The notes below the pieces were generated by a model, which made no database searches, was not told where the DNA came from, and saw only the letters and a program-made list of their open reading frames with translations. Below are positions 25,777 to 40,684 of a stretch of 64,000 bases of DNA, piece after piece (the first letter of the stretch is position 1; every line of letters begins with the position of its first letter). A program made the position numbers and the translations under genes. The stretch comes from Eledone cirrhosa (Eukaryota). Location: assembly GCA_964016885.1 (NCBI GenBank), contig OZ024761.1, positions 28,954,001 to 29,018,000 on the forward strand. Direction: 5' to 3'.

Positions 25777-25843
25777 CATATATATATACATATATATATA
25801 CATATATATATACATATATATATATATACATATATATATATAC

Positions 25844-25874
<31 letters not shown>

Positions 25875-25917
25875 CATATATATATACATATATATATATA
25901 CATATATATATATATAC

Positions 25918-25958
<41 letters not shown>

Positions 25959-25989
25959 TATACATATATATATATATACATATATATAC

Positions 25990-26020
<31 letters not shown>

Positions 26021-26057
26021 CATATATATACATATATATATATATACATATATATAC

Positions 26058-26088
<31 letters not shown>

Positions 26089-26331
26089 CTTATATATACA
26101 TATATATATATATACATATATATATATACATATATATATATACATATATATATATATACATATATATATGCATATATATATATACATATATATATATACA
26201 TATATATATGCATATATATATATACATATATATATATACATATATATATATACATATATATATATACATATATATATATACATATATATATACATATATA
26301 TATATACACATATATATACATATATATATAC

Positions 26332-26362
<31 letters not shown>

Positions 26363-26567
26363 CATATATATATACATATATATATATATATACATATATA
26401 TATACATATATATATATACATATATATATATACATATATATATATATACATATATATATACATATATATATATACATATATATATACATATATATATACA
26501 TATATATATATATACATATATATATACATATATATATACATATATATATATATACATATATATATAC

Positions 26568-26633
<66 letters not shown>

Positions 26634-26636
26634 TTA

Positions 26637-26667
<31 letters not shown>

Positions 26668-26670
26668 TTA

Positions 26671-26714
<44 letters not shown>

Positions 26715-26715
26715 T
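24812..26715. repeat. 1.9-kb (TA)n/(TACA) microsatellite
   Basis: Direct inspection. Confidence 0.97.
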
Positions 26716-27206
26716 GTCGGATCACTTATACAAACATCCCGCTACATACTTCCCCACCGTCCCCTCCCTTGCCCCCCCTCTCGCTACTGTCCGTCCTCGC
26801 CCTCCTTACCCCGATATACATATATATATTTACATATATACACACACATATATATTTACATTTATACACACATATATATTGACATATATACACATATATA
26901 TTTACATTTATACACACATATATATTTTCATATATACACACATATATATTTACATATATACATATATACACACACACACACACACACATACACACACACA
27001 CACATATATATCCCGTCTAAACCCATGCTAGCGTGGAAGATAGACATTAAAAAATGATGATGATGATGATATATATATATTTTTATCTATTTTATTTTTA
27101 TTTAATCATTTGCCGAAATCCAATTCCCAAATTTTCTTGTTATCTCAGTGAGAAGAAGTAAAACTACCTTCAAACTTGATATTTGTGGCTTTTGCTGGTA
27201 TTAGAG

Positions 27207-27265
27207 TCATTCTTAACACCAACTGTGACAGAGACAAACACATTGGCTTGGTGAAGAAGCCAATG

Positions 27266-27299
<34 letters not shown>

Positions 27300-27545
27300 A
27301 CTTGTCACATACATACCCACATGGTACACACACATACACTTGTCACGTCATTTCTTAATACCAACCGTGACAGAGACAAACACATTGGCTTGGTGAAGAA
27401 GCCAGTGATATATACATATATATATATATATACACTAGTCACATACATACCCACATGGTACACACACATACACTTGTCACATCATTTCTTAACACCAACT
27501 GTGACAGAGACAAACATATTGGCTTGGTGAAGAAGCCAGTGATAA
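27207..27545. repeat. About 2.5 tandem units of 135-145 bp
   Basis: CACCAACTGTGACAGAGACAAAC..TTGGCTTGGTGAAGAAGCC occurs three times. Confidence 0.85.
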
Positions 27546-27548
27546 GTG

Positions 27549-27624
<76 letters not shown>

Positions 27625-27625
<1 letters not shown>

Positions 27626-28058
27626 AGTGGTTACACAACAGTTAGTTCACCATACCGAGAACAATTGTTTCACCTTAGCGGATCCTCAGCTCGTAATGGG
27701 CATGGTTATATGGAACAGGAAGGACAACTGTATGAACGCGCATGCGCAAAAACCGGTCACTTCACACAGGCAATGCTAAAATGTGCGCGAGAGGTGTAAG
27801 GGAGATAACTGCGAAAGTCCGACAAGTTTTTAGTTGATAAGAAAAAATATTGATGTTGTTACAATAATTCATTCAATCCGGAGCTTTGTAGTTATGCAAT
27901 AGGTGTTTCGAGACGTGTGGACAATGTGTGAAAAATTCATTTCTCGTGTTTAGGCAATCACTATTGCATAATCTCTTTAGAATATTTATTCTACCTAACT
28001 CGTCCCATGGACTGAGTGCTCTACCACTACGGATATTACCTTCCAGTGTTCTACCACT
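27625..28058. mobile_element. PLE-like element with HHR at 27656-27693(-)
   Basis: Minus strand: CGAG-CTGAGGA-tCCgctaaGGt-GAAACAATTGTT-CTCG; both ends shared with 10804-10955. Confidence 0.65.
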
Positions 28059-29120
28059 ATATATATATATATATTCACACACTTGTCACATAAACACACA
28101 TACACACACACAGGTCACATACACACACACACGTCACATACACACACACACTTGTAACACACACACTTGTCACTCATACACATACTTGTCACACACACAC
28201 ACATGTCACATACACACACATGTGGTGACACACATGTGGTGAAACACACACATGTGGTGAAACACACAGACGTGGTGAAACACACACCACAGGAATACAC
28301 ACTGCACACAAACACACACAAGTAGGCACACATCACATACACACACATGTGGAAACACACATCGCACACCCACACACACACACTCACACATGCAAACCCA
28401 TGCACAGACTTACAAACTCACACAGGTGAACATACACACGTATATCAAACACGCACACATATGCACACACACACACATCACACAGACATGCTTGTGCAAG
28501 AAAAACACACACACATACACACAAACACACACAAACACACACAAACACACACACATCGATACACACAGACACGTGGTCATCTCAGAATCCAAGGACAGTC
28601 ATTAGAACAAATATCAAACAAAATAATTTATGGTATTTGTTCCAGCTCTCTGGTCTTGGAGTCAACAATGCCTTTCATCCTTTTGATGTCGATAAATAAA
28701 ATACCAGTTAACTACTGGGATCTATTCTCTCTCTCTCTCTCTCTTTCCCTCTCTCTCTCTGGAAGAAATTGGCTGCATTCAGATCAGGAGAGGTTTAATG
28801 CTTCAGCATTTACATTAATCTATATTTGCTATTGTATTTTCATGGTAAAGGCTTTACCTCACATAATTATCTCACATAATATTGAATCTATGAGATTTTG
28901 ATATTATTTATTTTGAGAACAATACCTTAACATCAGTATGAGCAGCCGGTTACAGTCAGTATGAAAATAAAGAAGTGAGAGAATTCTGGCCAGATACAGT
29001 CGGTTTGAAATCCACCCATATGTCACTACAGCATCCCTACAACTCTGTCAGGGGTTGAAAGGCCATACATACATACATACATACACGCCTATCCACTGGG
29101 AGTGGAATTTGCTCAAGATC

Positions 29121-29167
<47 letters not shown>

Positions 29168-29603
29168 TCAAAACAAGGTCACACATGACCGAAGAGGTGA
29201 GATTGTCAGTTTTTTCATTGTTTTTTTCCAATGTGTTTGTCCAGTGTGCACCTCCTATTTGAATTCATATTCTAAAGACTTAGCCATGCAGGCATTTTTG
29301 AAACTATATACGTGTCAGAAATACAGAAATAAACATGTGTTAAGTCATTAACTATATTTCAAATGCTTAGTCCAGATAAAGAAGAACACATCAATCATTC
29401 ATTTTTACTTTGAACCGTTTTCGTTTCACAATTGAAAAGAGGGTTAAAACCCTGAAATATACTGGGTAAACCATTACTTGGTTTTATTTTATTTGTCATC
29501 CTTTGCTTCTTATATATTTCTACTGCATTGTACTGACTTTTGAAACTTATCAGTCATTTGTTACATATCTTTCAATGCTTCATATTAACTAATATATATA
29601 CAT

Positions 29604-29680
<77 letters not shown>

Positions 29681-29699
29681 TATATATATATAAATATAT

Positions 29700-29768
<69 letters not shown>

Positions 29769-29777
29769 AATGAAAAT

Positions 29778-29844
<67 letters not shown>

Positions 29845-29936
29845 TATATATATATAGCAACCAAATACTGGGCCAATAAAATTGACTTATGTTGCCTACC
29901 CACAACATTTTTCTTCTGGTTAAAAATATTATTACC

Positions 29937-30047
<111 letters not shown>

Positions 30048-30089
30048 GTGTGTGTGTGTGAGAGCATGTGTGTATCTGTGTGTATATAC

Positions 30090-30121
<32 letters not shown>

Positions 30122-30123
<2 letters not shown>

Positions 30124-30322
30124 TTTTTATTTTATAGAAGGAGCTTCTACAGGACTAGTACTGTTTCATTCAGATGAAATCTTCAGGAAGCTTCCTGAAG
30201 ATTTCATCTGAATGAAACAGTACTAGTCCTGTAGAAGCTCCTTCTATAAAATAAAAAATGTTTACTCTGCCATGTATTGAGTACCTTATTTACTGTGACT
30301 ATCCCCGACTCAACCCGGGACC
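30122..30322. mobile_element. Fold-back element, family B variant: perfect 138-bp palindrome with HHRs at 30142-30192(-) and 30189-30239(+)
   Basis: AGCTTC-CTGAAGA-tTTCAtcTGAAt-GAAACAG-tactagtc-CTGTA-GAAGCT on both strands. Confidence 0.88.
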
Positions 30323-30358
<36 letters not shown>

Positions 30359-31025
30359 TACTTATAACAAAGTATGGTTAGATGGGTTCATATATAAGTT
30401 TACAAGAAACTGCAAAAGACACATATATACACACACATATTCACACAAACATATTCACACACACCAAATTCTCACCTTCAACAGACGTACACACACACAC
30501 ATATGTACATGTAGACACGACAGATGGTCTATTCGATATTTTGAAATTGACTTGTTATAATCAGTACCATCTTTTCCTTATGATTAAAGATGACTTGGAT
30601 AAACCATTATTTCAACAGCTATTATATATATAAAAAAAAACAATATCAGCAACAATAACAACAACAATATCTTAATCTATTGCTTGTCTACATCATCAAA
30701 CAATGTTCAGAGAACTTCTTCACTTTCAATAAGTTTGTATGCCATGGGGAGGAGAATGGAAATTGTGTCTTCTAGCTGCAAAGAAGCTAAAAGATAGAGA
30801 AAGAGAGAGAGACAGAAAGTCATTGTTCTAACTTTCAGATGAAGAGACAGACCCCAAAACGTTTGTCAGACTAATTTTATAAAACAAGTAGCCCAATGCT
30901 ATTTTTTCAAAAATAGGTTGTTTTAAAAAATGGCCCAGAATGAATAAAAATGTTACTTTATGTTCCCCCTCCATACACATGCACGCATGTATCTGTGTGT
31001 ATATAATTACTCATACACAGTTCAC

Positions 31026-31478
31026 TTTCCTGACATTTGTACATTGGATTGGCAGTATTGGTGGAGGGTCGGACGCCATGCTTTGCAGCAAAGAGTTACG
31101 GCCCTTTATGGTCTGAGTTCAAATCCCGCCGAGGTTAACTTTGCCTTTCATCCTTACGGGGATCGATAAAATAGAGTACCAGTAATGCACACTGTGATAA
31201 TTGCCGGGCTTGTGCCAAAAGTAGAGATAATAATTATTAATATTATTATTATTATACGTAGGGTGGTGGATGGCAGTATCGGTAGAGAGTCAGACACCAT
31301 GCTTTCCAGTATAGAGTTACGTCCCTTGATGGTCTTAATTCAAATCGCGCTGAGGTTAACTTTGCCTTTCATCCTTACGGGGTCGATGAAATAAAGCACC
31401 AGTAATGCATTGGGGTCAATTTAATCGACTTTCCTCACTCCCAAATTACTGGCCTTGTGCCTATAGTAGAAATCATTA
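31026..31478 (+). mobile_element. Two tandem Nin/Deu-domain-like SINEs
   Basis: Copies at about 31026-31235 and 31261-31478. Confidence 0.8.
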
Positions 31479-31679
31479 TACATATTGTTTCTGAAATAGA
31501 CTGCAGAAAAGATGTACATTTTCAAGGCTCATGGTATGGAGTTACACAACTACCATTGATTAGTCTGCACATCAATATTTTGTGCTCTGAAACAATTGTA
31601 AAACATTGGATTATTTAACTATATCACTTTGTTTTTCTTATTCTTCCATTGTTTAACATTAAGTATATGTATGTGTGTA

Positions 31680-31713
<34 letters not shown>

Positions 31714-31779
31714 AGCACATATAACCACTCTGCTTCTTACCAGTCTCAGCACTGCAGACGCTCTCTCTCTCTCTCTGTA

Positions 31780-31839
<60 letters not shown>

Positions 31840-31842
<3 letters not shown>

Positions 31843-32026
31843 AGGAAATGTGGTAAGGAACCAGATGGACCATAACGCACCACAGTACTCAATACTTAGG
31901 GTAGTAGAGTGGGTAATAGGAAAATGTTTAGCCCCGATGGCAGAGCTCAAGCCGTTTCAACGGGTATTTCTGTCCAGAAATAGCCGTCAAAATGGCTTGA
32001 GCTCTGCCATCGGGGTTAAACATTTT
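31840..32026. mobile_element. Fold-back element, family C (HHR 3' halves only)
   Basis: Arms 31921-31970 and 31977-32026; GAAACGGC-ttgagctct-GCCATC-GGGG. Confidence 0.7.
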
Positions 32027-32173
32027 GCTATATATATATATATATATACATATATACATATATATATATTATATATATATTATATTATATATATATCCTT
32101 ACGGGTTCGATAAAATAAAGTACCAGTAATGTGCTGGGTAATTGGTGGCCTTGTGCCAAAAAGTAGAAACAAT

Positions 32174-32240
<67 letters not shown>

Positions 32241-32337
32241 ATATATATATATCTTTGCCTTTCATCCTCACGGGGTCAATAAAATAAGTACCAGTAATGC
32301 ACTGGATAACTGCTGGCCTTGTGCCAAAAGTAGAAAC

Positions 32338-32398
<61 letters not shown>

Positions 32399-32403
<5 letters not shown>

Positions 32404-32557
32404 AGATCAAAAGATGGTTAAAGGAGTTCCATGTATTTTATTATGCGCATTTCAAAAACAAACATCATCATGCAATAATATTTGTGTTTTCATCAGATAA
32501 AACAGGAGAACATGATATGAAGGCTAAAAAACACTTGTGGATAGTGCAGTTTTAAAT

Positions 32558-32564
<7 letters not shown>
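32399..32564 (-). mobile_element. Single arm of family F with HHR at 32436-32502(-)
   Basis: Near-identical to 57881-58046. Confidence 0.8.
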
Positions 32565-32599
<35 letters not shown>

Positions 32600-32814
32600 C
32601 TTTATTTATTCATTTATTTTCTGAAAATGTATAAACTCAAACTTATATATTTTGTCTGTCACCAATATTTAATTCTTTCTCCTCTATGGGCCACTAAGAT
32701 CAGTCGATTAGAACCCAATAGATATATGTGTGTGTCTGTGTGTCTCTGTGTGTGTGTGTGTATGTGTGTTTATGTATATATGTATATATATATAGTTTTT
32801 TTCACATGTGGCCA

Positions 32815-33975
32815 GCTACACAAACACACATATACATGTATACACACACACATATATATATATATATATATTATACACACATACATATATATATATAACA
32901 CACACACACACACACATATATTATACACACATGCACATATATATATATATTATACACACGTACATATATATATATAACACACACACACACATATATATTA
33001 TACACACACGCACACATATATATATATTATACACACATATATATATATAACACACACACATATATTATACACACACGCACACATATATATATATATTATA
33101 CACACATACATATATATATAACACACACACGCACACATATATATATATATTATACACACATACATATATATATATAACACACACACACACATATATATTA
33201 TACACACACGCACACATATATATATATATTATACACACATACATATATATATAACACACACACACACACACACATATATTATACACACACGCACACATAT
33301 ATATATATTATACACACATACATATATATATATATATATAACACACACACACACACATATATTATACACACACGCACACATATATATATATATTATACAC
33401 ACATACATATATATAACACACACACACATATATATTATACACACACACACATATATATTATACACACATGCACACATATATATATATATTATACACACAT
33501 ACATATATATATATATAACACACACACACACATATATATTATACACACACGCACACATATATATATATTATACACACATACATATATATATAACACACAC
33601 ACACACATATATTATACACACATGCACACATATATATATATATTATACACACATACATATATATAACACACACATATTATACACACACGCACATATATAT
33701 ATATATATATTATACACACATACATATATATATATAACACACACACACACACATATATATTATACACACACGCACACATATATATATATATTATACACAC
33801 ACGCACACAAATATATATATATATTATACACACATACATATATATAACACACACACACACATATTATACACACGCACACATATATATATATATATATATA
33901 TTATACACACATACATATATATAACACACACACACATACCTATATTAAACACGCACGCACATATATATATATATA
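32815..33975. repeat. Compound (CA)n/(TA)n minisatellite
   Basis: Direct inspection. Confidence 0.9.
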
Positions 33976-34162
33976 ACTTAGTTTGCGTTGTAGTTTAACC
34001 CAAGGTGAGCCCTCGTCAAAAAGAACTGTCACAAGGTGCTACCAAAGTTCAAAGACTATGGCCATAGTCATAGCCATAGTCAGAGAGCTCCACATGACAA
34101 TCTTTATTAAATAAACCCTAGACCTACCATAATGGAAGAGTTTGGTGAGAGACATTGATTGA

Positions 34163-34164
<2 letters not shown>

Positions 34165-34202
<38 letters not shown>

Positions 34203-34628
34203 CCCTTTTAACGTCCGTTGTTCCATGCTAGCATGGGTTAGACGGGTTGTCCTGTTGCAGGCAGTGTCCGGTCAGCTGACCTTGTCTTGCTCATACGGGA
34301 ACGGATTCTGGCTTGATTTCTACAGCTGGATGCCCTTCCTGACACCAACCTCATTTACAGTGAGTGCTGGGTGCTTTTATTTCCGTGGGGGCATACACAT
34401 CCACCTTACAGTGTGGGCTGGGTGCTTTTTTGCCGTGGCACCTCCACGACCACTTTGCAGTGCAATGATATGGACCCCAGTCCCTATCATCTAATTTCTA
34501 CAGCTGAGTAAACTGGAGTAATGTGAAATAAAGTGACTTGCTCAAGGAAACAACACATCACCTGTGAGAATTGAACTCACAACCTTTCAATTGCAAGCCC
34601 AATGCTCTAACCACTGAGCCATGCGCCT
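34165..34628 (-). mobile_element. tRNA/CORE-like SINE with RTE tail
   Basis: Same layout as 415-757. Confidence 0.85.
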
Positions 34629-34699
34629 TCACAGATACAGACTACATTTGTCTTCACTGCTACTGGGATTAGATAAATATCATCATCATCATTCAAATG

Positions 34700-34970
34700 T
34701 TTATAATATATTTACTGGTGGAGAGATCTTCGTGAAAATTTGCATTGGTATCTCTTAATATCCTGTAATGATTTAGTAAAAATATCTAAAAACAGGTTTG
34801 TTAGTTCAAATATTTATATATCTACTGGTGGACAGATTGCTGAGAAAATCGGCAGCAATATCGCTTAATATCCTGCAATGATCTAGCAGAAAATATCTAA
34901 AATCAGGTTTGTTTATTCAAATATTTATAGTACCTTTACTAGGGGACAGATTTTTGTGAAAATTTCCATA
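34700..34970. repeat. About 2.5 copies of a ~112-bp unit
   Basis: TACTGGTGGA, TTAATATCCTG and AAAATATCTAAAA repeated. Confidence 0.7.
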
Positions 34971-35061
34971 GAGAGACCTGCCTACATGTAAATTATAAGT
35001 AATATATAATAAATAAAATCGTTAATTTATATATAATAAATAATGTAATATATATTAAAAA

Positions 35062-35332
35062 GTCTAAAGTCTGTCTTAAGCCAGAAAGCTCGTTTGGTCG
35101 GTGCTTATCCCGGTTTCATGGCATAAAGCAACTGAGAGTACAAGACTCACCCCTGGATAGGACGCCAGTCCATTGCAGGGTTAAACCCCCAGCTATTACT
35201 GGTACTCATTTTCAGCTGAGCTTACTGGAGCAACGTGAAATGAAGTGTTTTGCTCAAGAACACAACACAGAACCCAGGAATCGAACCCACGACATTATGA
35301 TCGTAAGCCCAACACCCTTACCACTAGGCCAC
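35062..35332 (-). mobile_element. tRNA-derived SINE, third tail type
   Basis: Minus strand: TGGCCTAGTGG...GGTTCGATTCC...TTCTTGAGCAAAACAC; related heads at 36868-37065(+). Confidence 0.75.
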
Positions 35333-35375
35333 ATAATATATACTATGTATTAATAAATATTATATATATATATTA

Positions 35376-35700
35376 GAGTTACGGCCCTTTATGGTCTGAG
35401 TTCAAATCCCACCGAGGTTAACTTTACCTTTCATCCTTACGGGGTCGATAAAATAAAGTACTAGTAATGCACTGGGGTAATTGCTGGCCTTGCACCAAAA
35501 GTAGAAACCATTATATATATATATTTTTTTTTTATTTTACTATAACTATATATAATTGTTTCTACTTTTGGCACAAGGCCAGCAATTACTCCAGTGCATT
35601 ACTGGTACTTTATTTTATCGACCCCGTAAGGATGAAAGGCAAAGTTAACCTCGGCAGGATTTGAACTCAGACCACAAAGGGCCGTAACTCTTTGCTGCAA
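35376..35700. mobile_element. Tail-to-tail pair of Nin/Deu-domain-like SINEs
   Basis: 35376-35512(+) and 35553-35700(-). Confidence 0.8.
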
Positions 35701-36129
35701 ATAATATGTATCATTTAATATTTAATATACTATTATATCATTTCTACCACCCACCCCCTTAGGCCCCAGCGTCCCTAGGGGGCAGTAGTACCCACTTTGA
35801 GAACCTCTCACCTAGCAGAAAATATCTAAAAGTAGGAAGACAGGGGGAAGAGTTGATAGGGTTTCTTCACTGCCACTTCCCCAAAAACGTGTGCGAGGGG
35901 GGGGGGGAGGGGGGATAAATGAAGAGGAGAGAGTGGAAGGGAAGAGTTAATAAGCTTCCTCATCCCTCTTGAGAAAGTGGATGAGAAAAAAGAGAAAAGT
36001 TAAGAGGCTTTCTTTTCCCAAGCAAATCAAGTTTGATGTCAAAAAAGCCATCACACTAATAAAGAGAAAGTTCAAAATCTTAAAAGATAATCTTTTTTAA
36101 AAGCAGGCCTCATCCTCCTAACACCACAC

Positions 36130-36153
36130 ACACCACAGCCCCTATTTTCCTAC

Positions 36154-36193
<40 letters not shown>

Positions 36194-36560
36194 AACCCCT
36201 ATTTTCCTATCACACACATACATACACACACACACACACACCTAAGCTCCTATTTTCCTATCACACATATACACACTCACACACACACCTCAGCACCTAT
36301 TTTCCTACCACACACATACACACACACTTCAGCCCCTATTTTCCTACCACACACATACATACACACACACTTCAGCCCCTATTTTCCTACCACACATACA
36401 CACACGTAGGCGCCTATTTTGCTACCACATGCACACACACACACACACACACACACTTCAGCCCCTATTTTCCTACCATACATACACACAGATACACACA
36501 TACACACACAGACCTGAGACCCTAATTTCCTATCACACACCCAAACACACAGACCTCAGC
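36130..36560. repeat. Minisatellite CAGCCCCTATTTTCCTACCAC(AC)n
   Basis: About 9 units. Confidence 0.85.
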
Positions 36561-37069
36561 TTAACTTAAGGATTCCAAACCTGCTAAGACAGGTCTTCTT
36601 CACTCCCTCCTCTTCCTCCGCCATCAAAACTCTCCCTTATCCCCCACCCCACCCCACCAGCACTTCTCCACCCACTCACACCCAATTTTATTTTTTAATT
36701 AGAATTTACTGATTGACAAATTCCCTACTTAACACATGGGAAATGGAGGGTGGAGGAGATGGTGAAGGTGGTGTGCATGAGGTGGGGGTAGATAAACCAG
36801 AGAGTTGCTTTGTAAAAAAAAAAAAAGGGGGGATTTACTAATATCGAGTCATGTGAGTGAAAGTGGAGGGGCATGGCCTAGTGGTAAGGGTGTTGAACTT
36901 AAATTTATAATGTTGTGAGTTCGATTCATAGACTGTGTTCTTGAGCAAAACACTTCATTTCACGTTGCTCCAGTATACTCAGCTGGTTTAAATAGAGGTG
37001 CATGGCCTAGTGGTAAGGGCATTGGACTTACGTTCATAATGTCGTGGGTTTGATTCCTGGACTGGGTCT

Positions 37070-37935
37070 CACTAATTTAACCCAGTTGACAACATACTGT
37101 CCCAGAATATATGTTTCAGCTTGGCCTCAGTTTTAAGGGGTCTATACCATTATCCCATCCAATTTACTAATTTGTCCCAGGTCCCAGAATATATGTTTCA
37201 GCTTGGCCTAGATAGTCTCAGTTTTAAGGGGTCTATACTATTGTCCGATCCAATTCACTAATTTGTCCCAGGTCCCAGAATATATGTTTCAGTTTGGCCT
37301 AGATAGTCTCAGTTTTAAGGGGTTTATACTATTGTCCCATCCAATTCACTAATTTGTCCCAGGTCCCAGAATATGTTTCAGTTTGGCCTAGGTAGTCTCA
37401 GTTTTAGGGGGTCTATACTATTGTCCCATCCAATTCACTAATTTGTCCCAGGTCCCAGAATATATGTTTCAGTTTGGCCTAGGTAGTCTCAGTTTTAAGG
37501 GCTCTATACCTTGCCCCATCCAATTCACCAATTTATCCTAGTTGACAACATACTGTCCCAGAATATATGTTTCAGTTTGGCCGAGATAGTCTCAGTTTTA
37601 AGGGCTCTATACCCTTGCCCCATCCAATTCACCAATTTATCCTAGTTGACAACATACTGTCCCAGAATATATGTTTCAGTTTGGCCGAGATAGTCTCAGT
37701 TTTAAGGGCTCTATACCCTTGCCCCATCCAATTCACCAATTTATCCTAGTTGACAACATACTGTCCCAGAATATATGTTTCAGTTTGGCCTAGGTAGTCT
37801 CAGTTTTAAGGGCTCTATACCCTTGTCCCATCCAATTCACTAATTTATCCCAGTTGACAACATACTGTCCCAGAATATATGTTTCAGTTTGGCCGAGATA
37901 GTCTCAGTTTTAAGGGGTCTATACTAATTTGTCAC
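37070..37935. repeat. Minisatellite with ~91-bp and ~104-bp unit variants, about 9 units
   Basis: GTCCCAGAATAT at 37099, 37181, 37272, 37363, 37452, 37555, 37659, 37763 and 37867. Confidence 0.92.
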
Positions 37936-38224
37936 GGTGGACAAAGAACTGTCCAAGAATGTCTGAGAATTTCATGAAACAGAAGAAACTCCATGAAGAT
38001 AAAATGATATATATTAAAACTCTACTCAGACTCATGATCAGGTGTTGATAAAAAATAATTTCATATGAATTTATTTTGCTGGTACATGAATTCGATATTA
38101 TTTTTATAATCTGCTTGGAATATTAAATTTCTGCAAATTTGATTGCTTGTTATAATCTGTTTTAAAGGATATATATCTATATCTATATGTATGTATATAT
38201 CCATATATGTATGTATATATCTAT

Positions 38225-38711
38225 CTAAGGCGGGTAAAATTCCCGAGATCCATGGACGAGTTCTCTCCAGCGGTCTCTGTCCCTCATTATCGCTGCCATG
38301 TCCTGCATCTCCAACAGACCAGTGTCTGTCTTTAGGGCATCAACATACGTTAATCTTTGTCTTCCTCTTCTAGTGTGTCCATGTAGGGGCTCCCAAAGGA
38401 GCACTGAGTGCAATGTCAACTCTGGATGTCGGTGAACATGTCCAGCTAACCTTAGTCTCCTCTGTGTCACTTTTGAGCTGACTTTTGGGATGCTCCCATA
38501 CAGCTCTGAGTTTTTCATCCTCAGTGTATACTGATTAATGTTCAGAGCCATCCTCAGCATTCTCGTGTAGCACCCATCCACCATCTGAGTGAGTTTCTTG
38601 GTCAGTGTCCAAGTCTCAGACCCATACAGCAGCACAGACTCCACTACAGCAATGAAGAGGCGGATTTTCAGGTCTCTACGAAGGTCCGACTTCCACACCG
38701 ATCTCAAGCTG
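38225..38711 (-). mobile_element. RTE-like LINE 3' fragment (second family)
   Basis: ESVLLYGSETWTLT..GCYTRMLR..RRLRLAGHVHRH..RGRQRLTY. Confidence 0.88.
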
Positions 38712-38723
38712 TATATATATATA

Positions 38724-38766
<43 letters not shown>

Positions 38767-39026
38767 TAGGTGTCACGACAAAAAAACACACAGTCCACGC
38801 TGTAATGTGGCCGTGTAGGTAACACGGTAAAAACCTCCCAGTTCCACACTGTAAATGTGGTTGGTGTTAGGAAGGGCATCCAGCCGTAGAAAACCAGCCA
38901 GACAGTCCTATGCGAGCAAGACAACCACTCTTGCCTCAAGTGGGGAAACTCCTGTCCAAACCCTTGCAAGCGTGGAATATGGACGTTAAACGATGATGAT
39001 GATGATGATGATGATACAAAATATAT

Positions 39027-39416
39027 ACAATATATTAATAAATGGAAACTATATGTATAAAACCATATTTATTTTATTATATATATTTCAAGGGCAACCA
39101 AGGAAAATTATGGTGCGCTTTCATCATACAGATTTGTTTTATAAATAAATATTGACATACCCGGAAAAAAGACAACCTTAATGGCTGGAGCTTCCTGGAT
39201 ATTTATAAAACAAATCTGTATTTTATCTGATGAAAGCGCACCATAATTTGCCTTGGTTGCCCTTGAAATATACATAATAAAGTAAATATGGTTTTATAAA
39301 TATAGTTTTCATTTATTAATATGTTGTGTATTTACTCCACTAACTTGTTGAGTGCTGTATATCAGTTATAAAAATGTTTAAGCTTGTTGAATCCCAACAA
39401 ATTAAATATAGCCTCT
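39027..39416. mobile_element. Fold-back element, family E, HHR 39221-39282(+); left-arm core damaged
   Basis: TTTTAT-CTGATGA-AAGcGCACCA..TGGTtGCcCTT-GAAA-TATACA-TA-ATAAAG. Confidence 0.78.
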
Positions 39417-39529
39417 ATATATATATATTTATATATGTATGTATATATATATTCATATATATATATTCATATATGTATGTATATATATATATATTCATAT
39501 ATATATATATATATATATATTCATATATA

Positions 39530-39593
<64 letters not shown>

Positions 39594-39662
39594 AAGTTAT
39601 ATTTAAAATTGTTGGGTTACAACTAGTAAATATTTATATATATATATATGTATATATATATA

Positions 39663-39696
<34 letters not shown>

Positions 39697-40262
39697 TATA
39701 TATATATATATATATATTCATATATGTATGTATATATATATTCATATATATTATTTTTTTTATATCCAATTGAGTTCTTCACGCATGGTTAAAATTCTTG
39801 ACAGAATTAATTGACCTGCGTGCATATTATTTTATCCTTTTATGTTTTGCGATGACTTCCCCTTCCCGCTTGGTGACGGTGTGAGATTTCTCTTTGTGAG
39901 ACTGCTGGAATTTCAAATTTGGCGGTCACTCTAACACTGACGGGTACCATCACTGAATGCTAATATCGGTAGGGTTTTTTTTATATCGATATTGTTGGGC
40001 ATCCACTGATGATTTATAAGTGCCCACCTGCATATATTCCTATAGACTATGTGTAGGCTTCTACATAACCTGGACATTATTTTCCCAACTTGTAGAAAAC
40101 TTATAATGAAACGATCGTTTGGAAAGAGAGATGTATTTAATTATGTCTCATATAAAATAATACAACTGACTATCCTCAAAATACGTAGAGTTAACACCCC
40201 AAACGTATAATTGGGATTATACTAAGGTATATCCTAATGTTAGTTGAGTGAGACGGAAGTCG

Positions 40263-40684
40263 ATGGAAACTATATTTATAAAACCATATTTATTTCATTA
40301 TACATATTTCAAGGATACCAAGTTAAATTATGGTATGCCTTCATCAGACAAAATACAATATATATCAGTTTTACAAATAAACATTGACGTACCCTTTCAA
40401 AATGCGACCATTACTTTTGGAGGACATCAAAAGTAATGGTCGCATTTTGAAAGGGTACGTCAATGCTTATTTGTAAAACTGATATATATTGTATTTTGTC
40501 TGATGAAGGCATACCATAATTTAACTTGGTATCCTTGAAATATGTATAATGAAATAAATATGGTTTTATAAATATAGTTTCCATTTATTTAATATCGTAT
40601 ATCTACTCCAAAAACTTGTCGAGTGCTTTATATCAGTTATAAAAATATTTACTTGTTGTATCCCAACAATTTAAATAGAACTTT

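Noticed and set aside
30828-30872. HHR-like CAGATGA...AAAACGTTTGTC
   Set aside because: Both core boxes are mutated and stem II is poor
35745-35808. hAT-like terminus (CCCACTTTGAGAACC)
   Set aside because: No partner TIR or 8-bp TSD found
37070-37935. CRISPR-like regular repeats (also 14520-15290 and 36130-36560)
   Set aside because: No unique spacers, eukaryotic context and no cas genes
39997-40026. CTGATGA inside a GGGCA/TGCCC hairpin
   Set aside because: No downstream GAAA...UH
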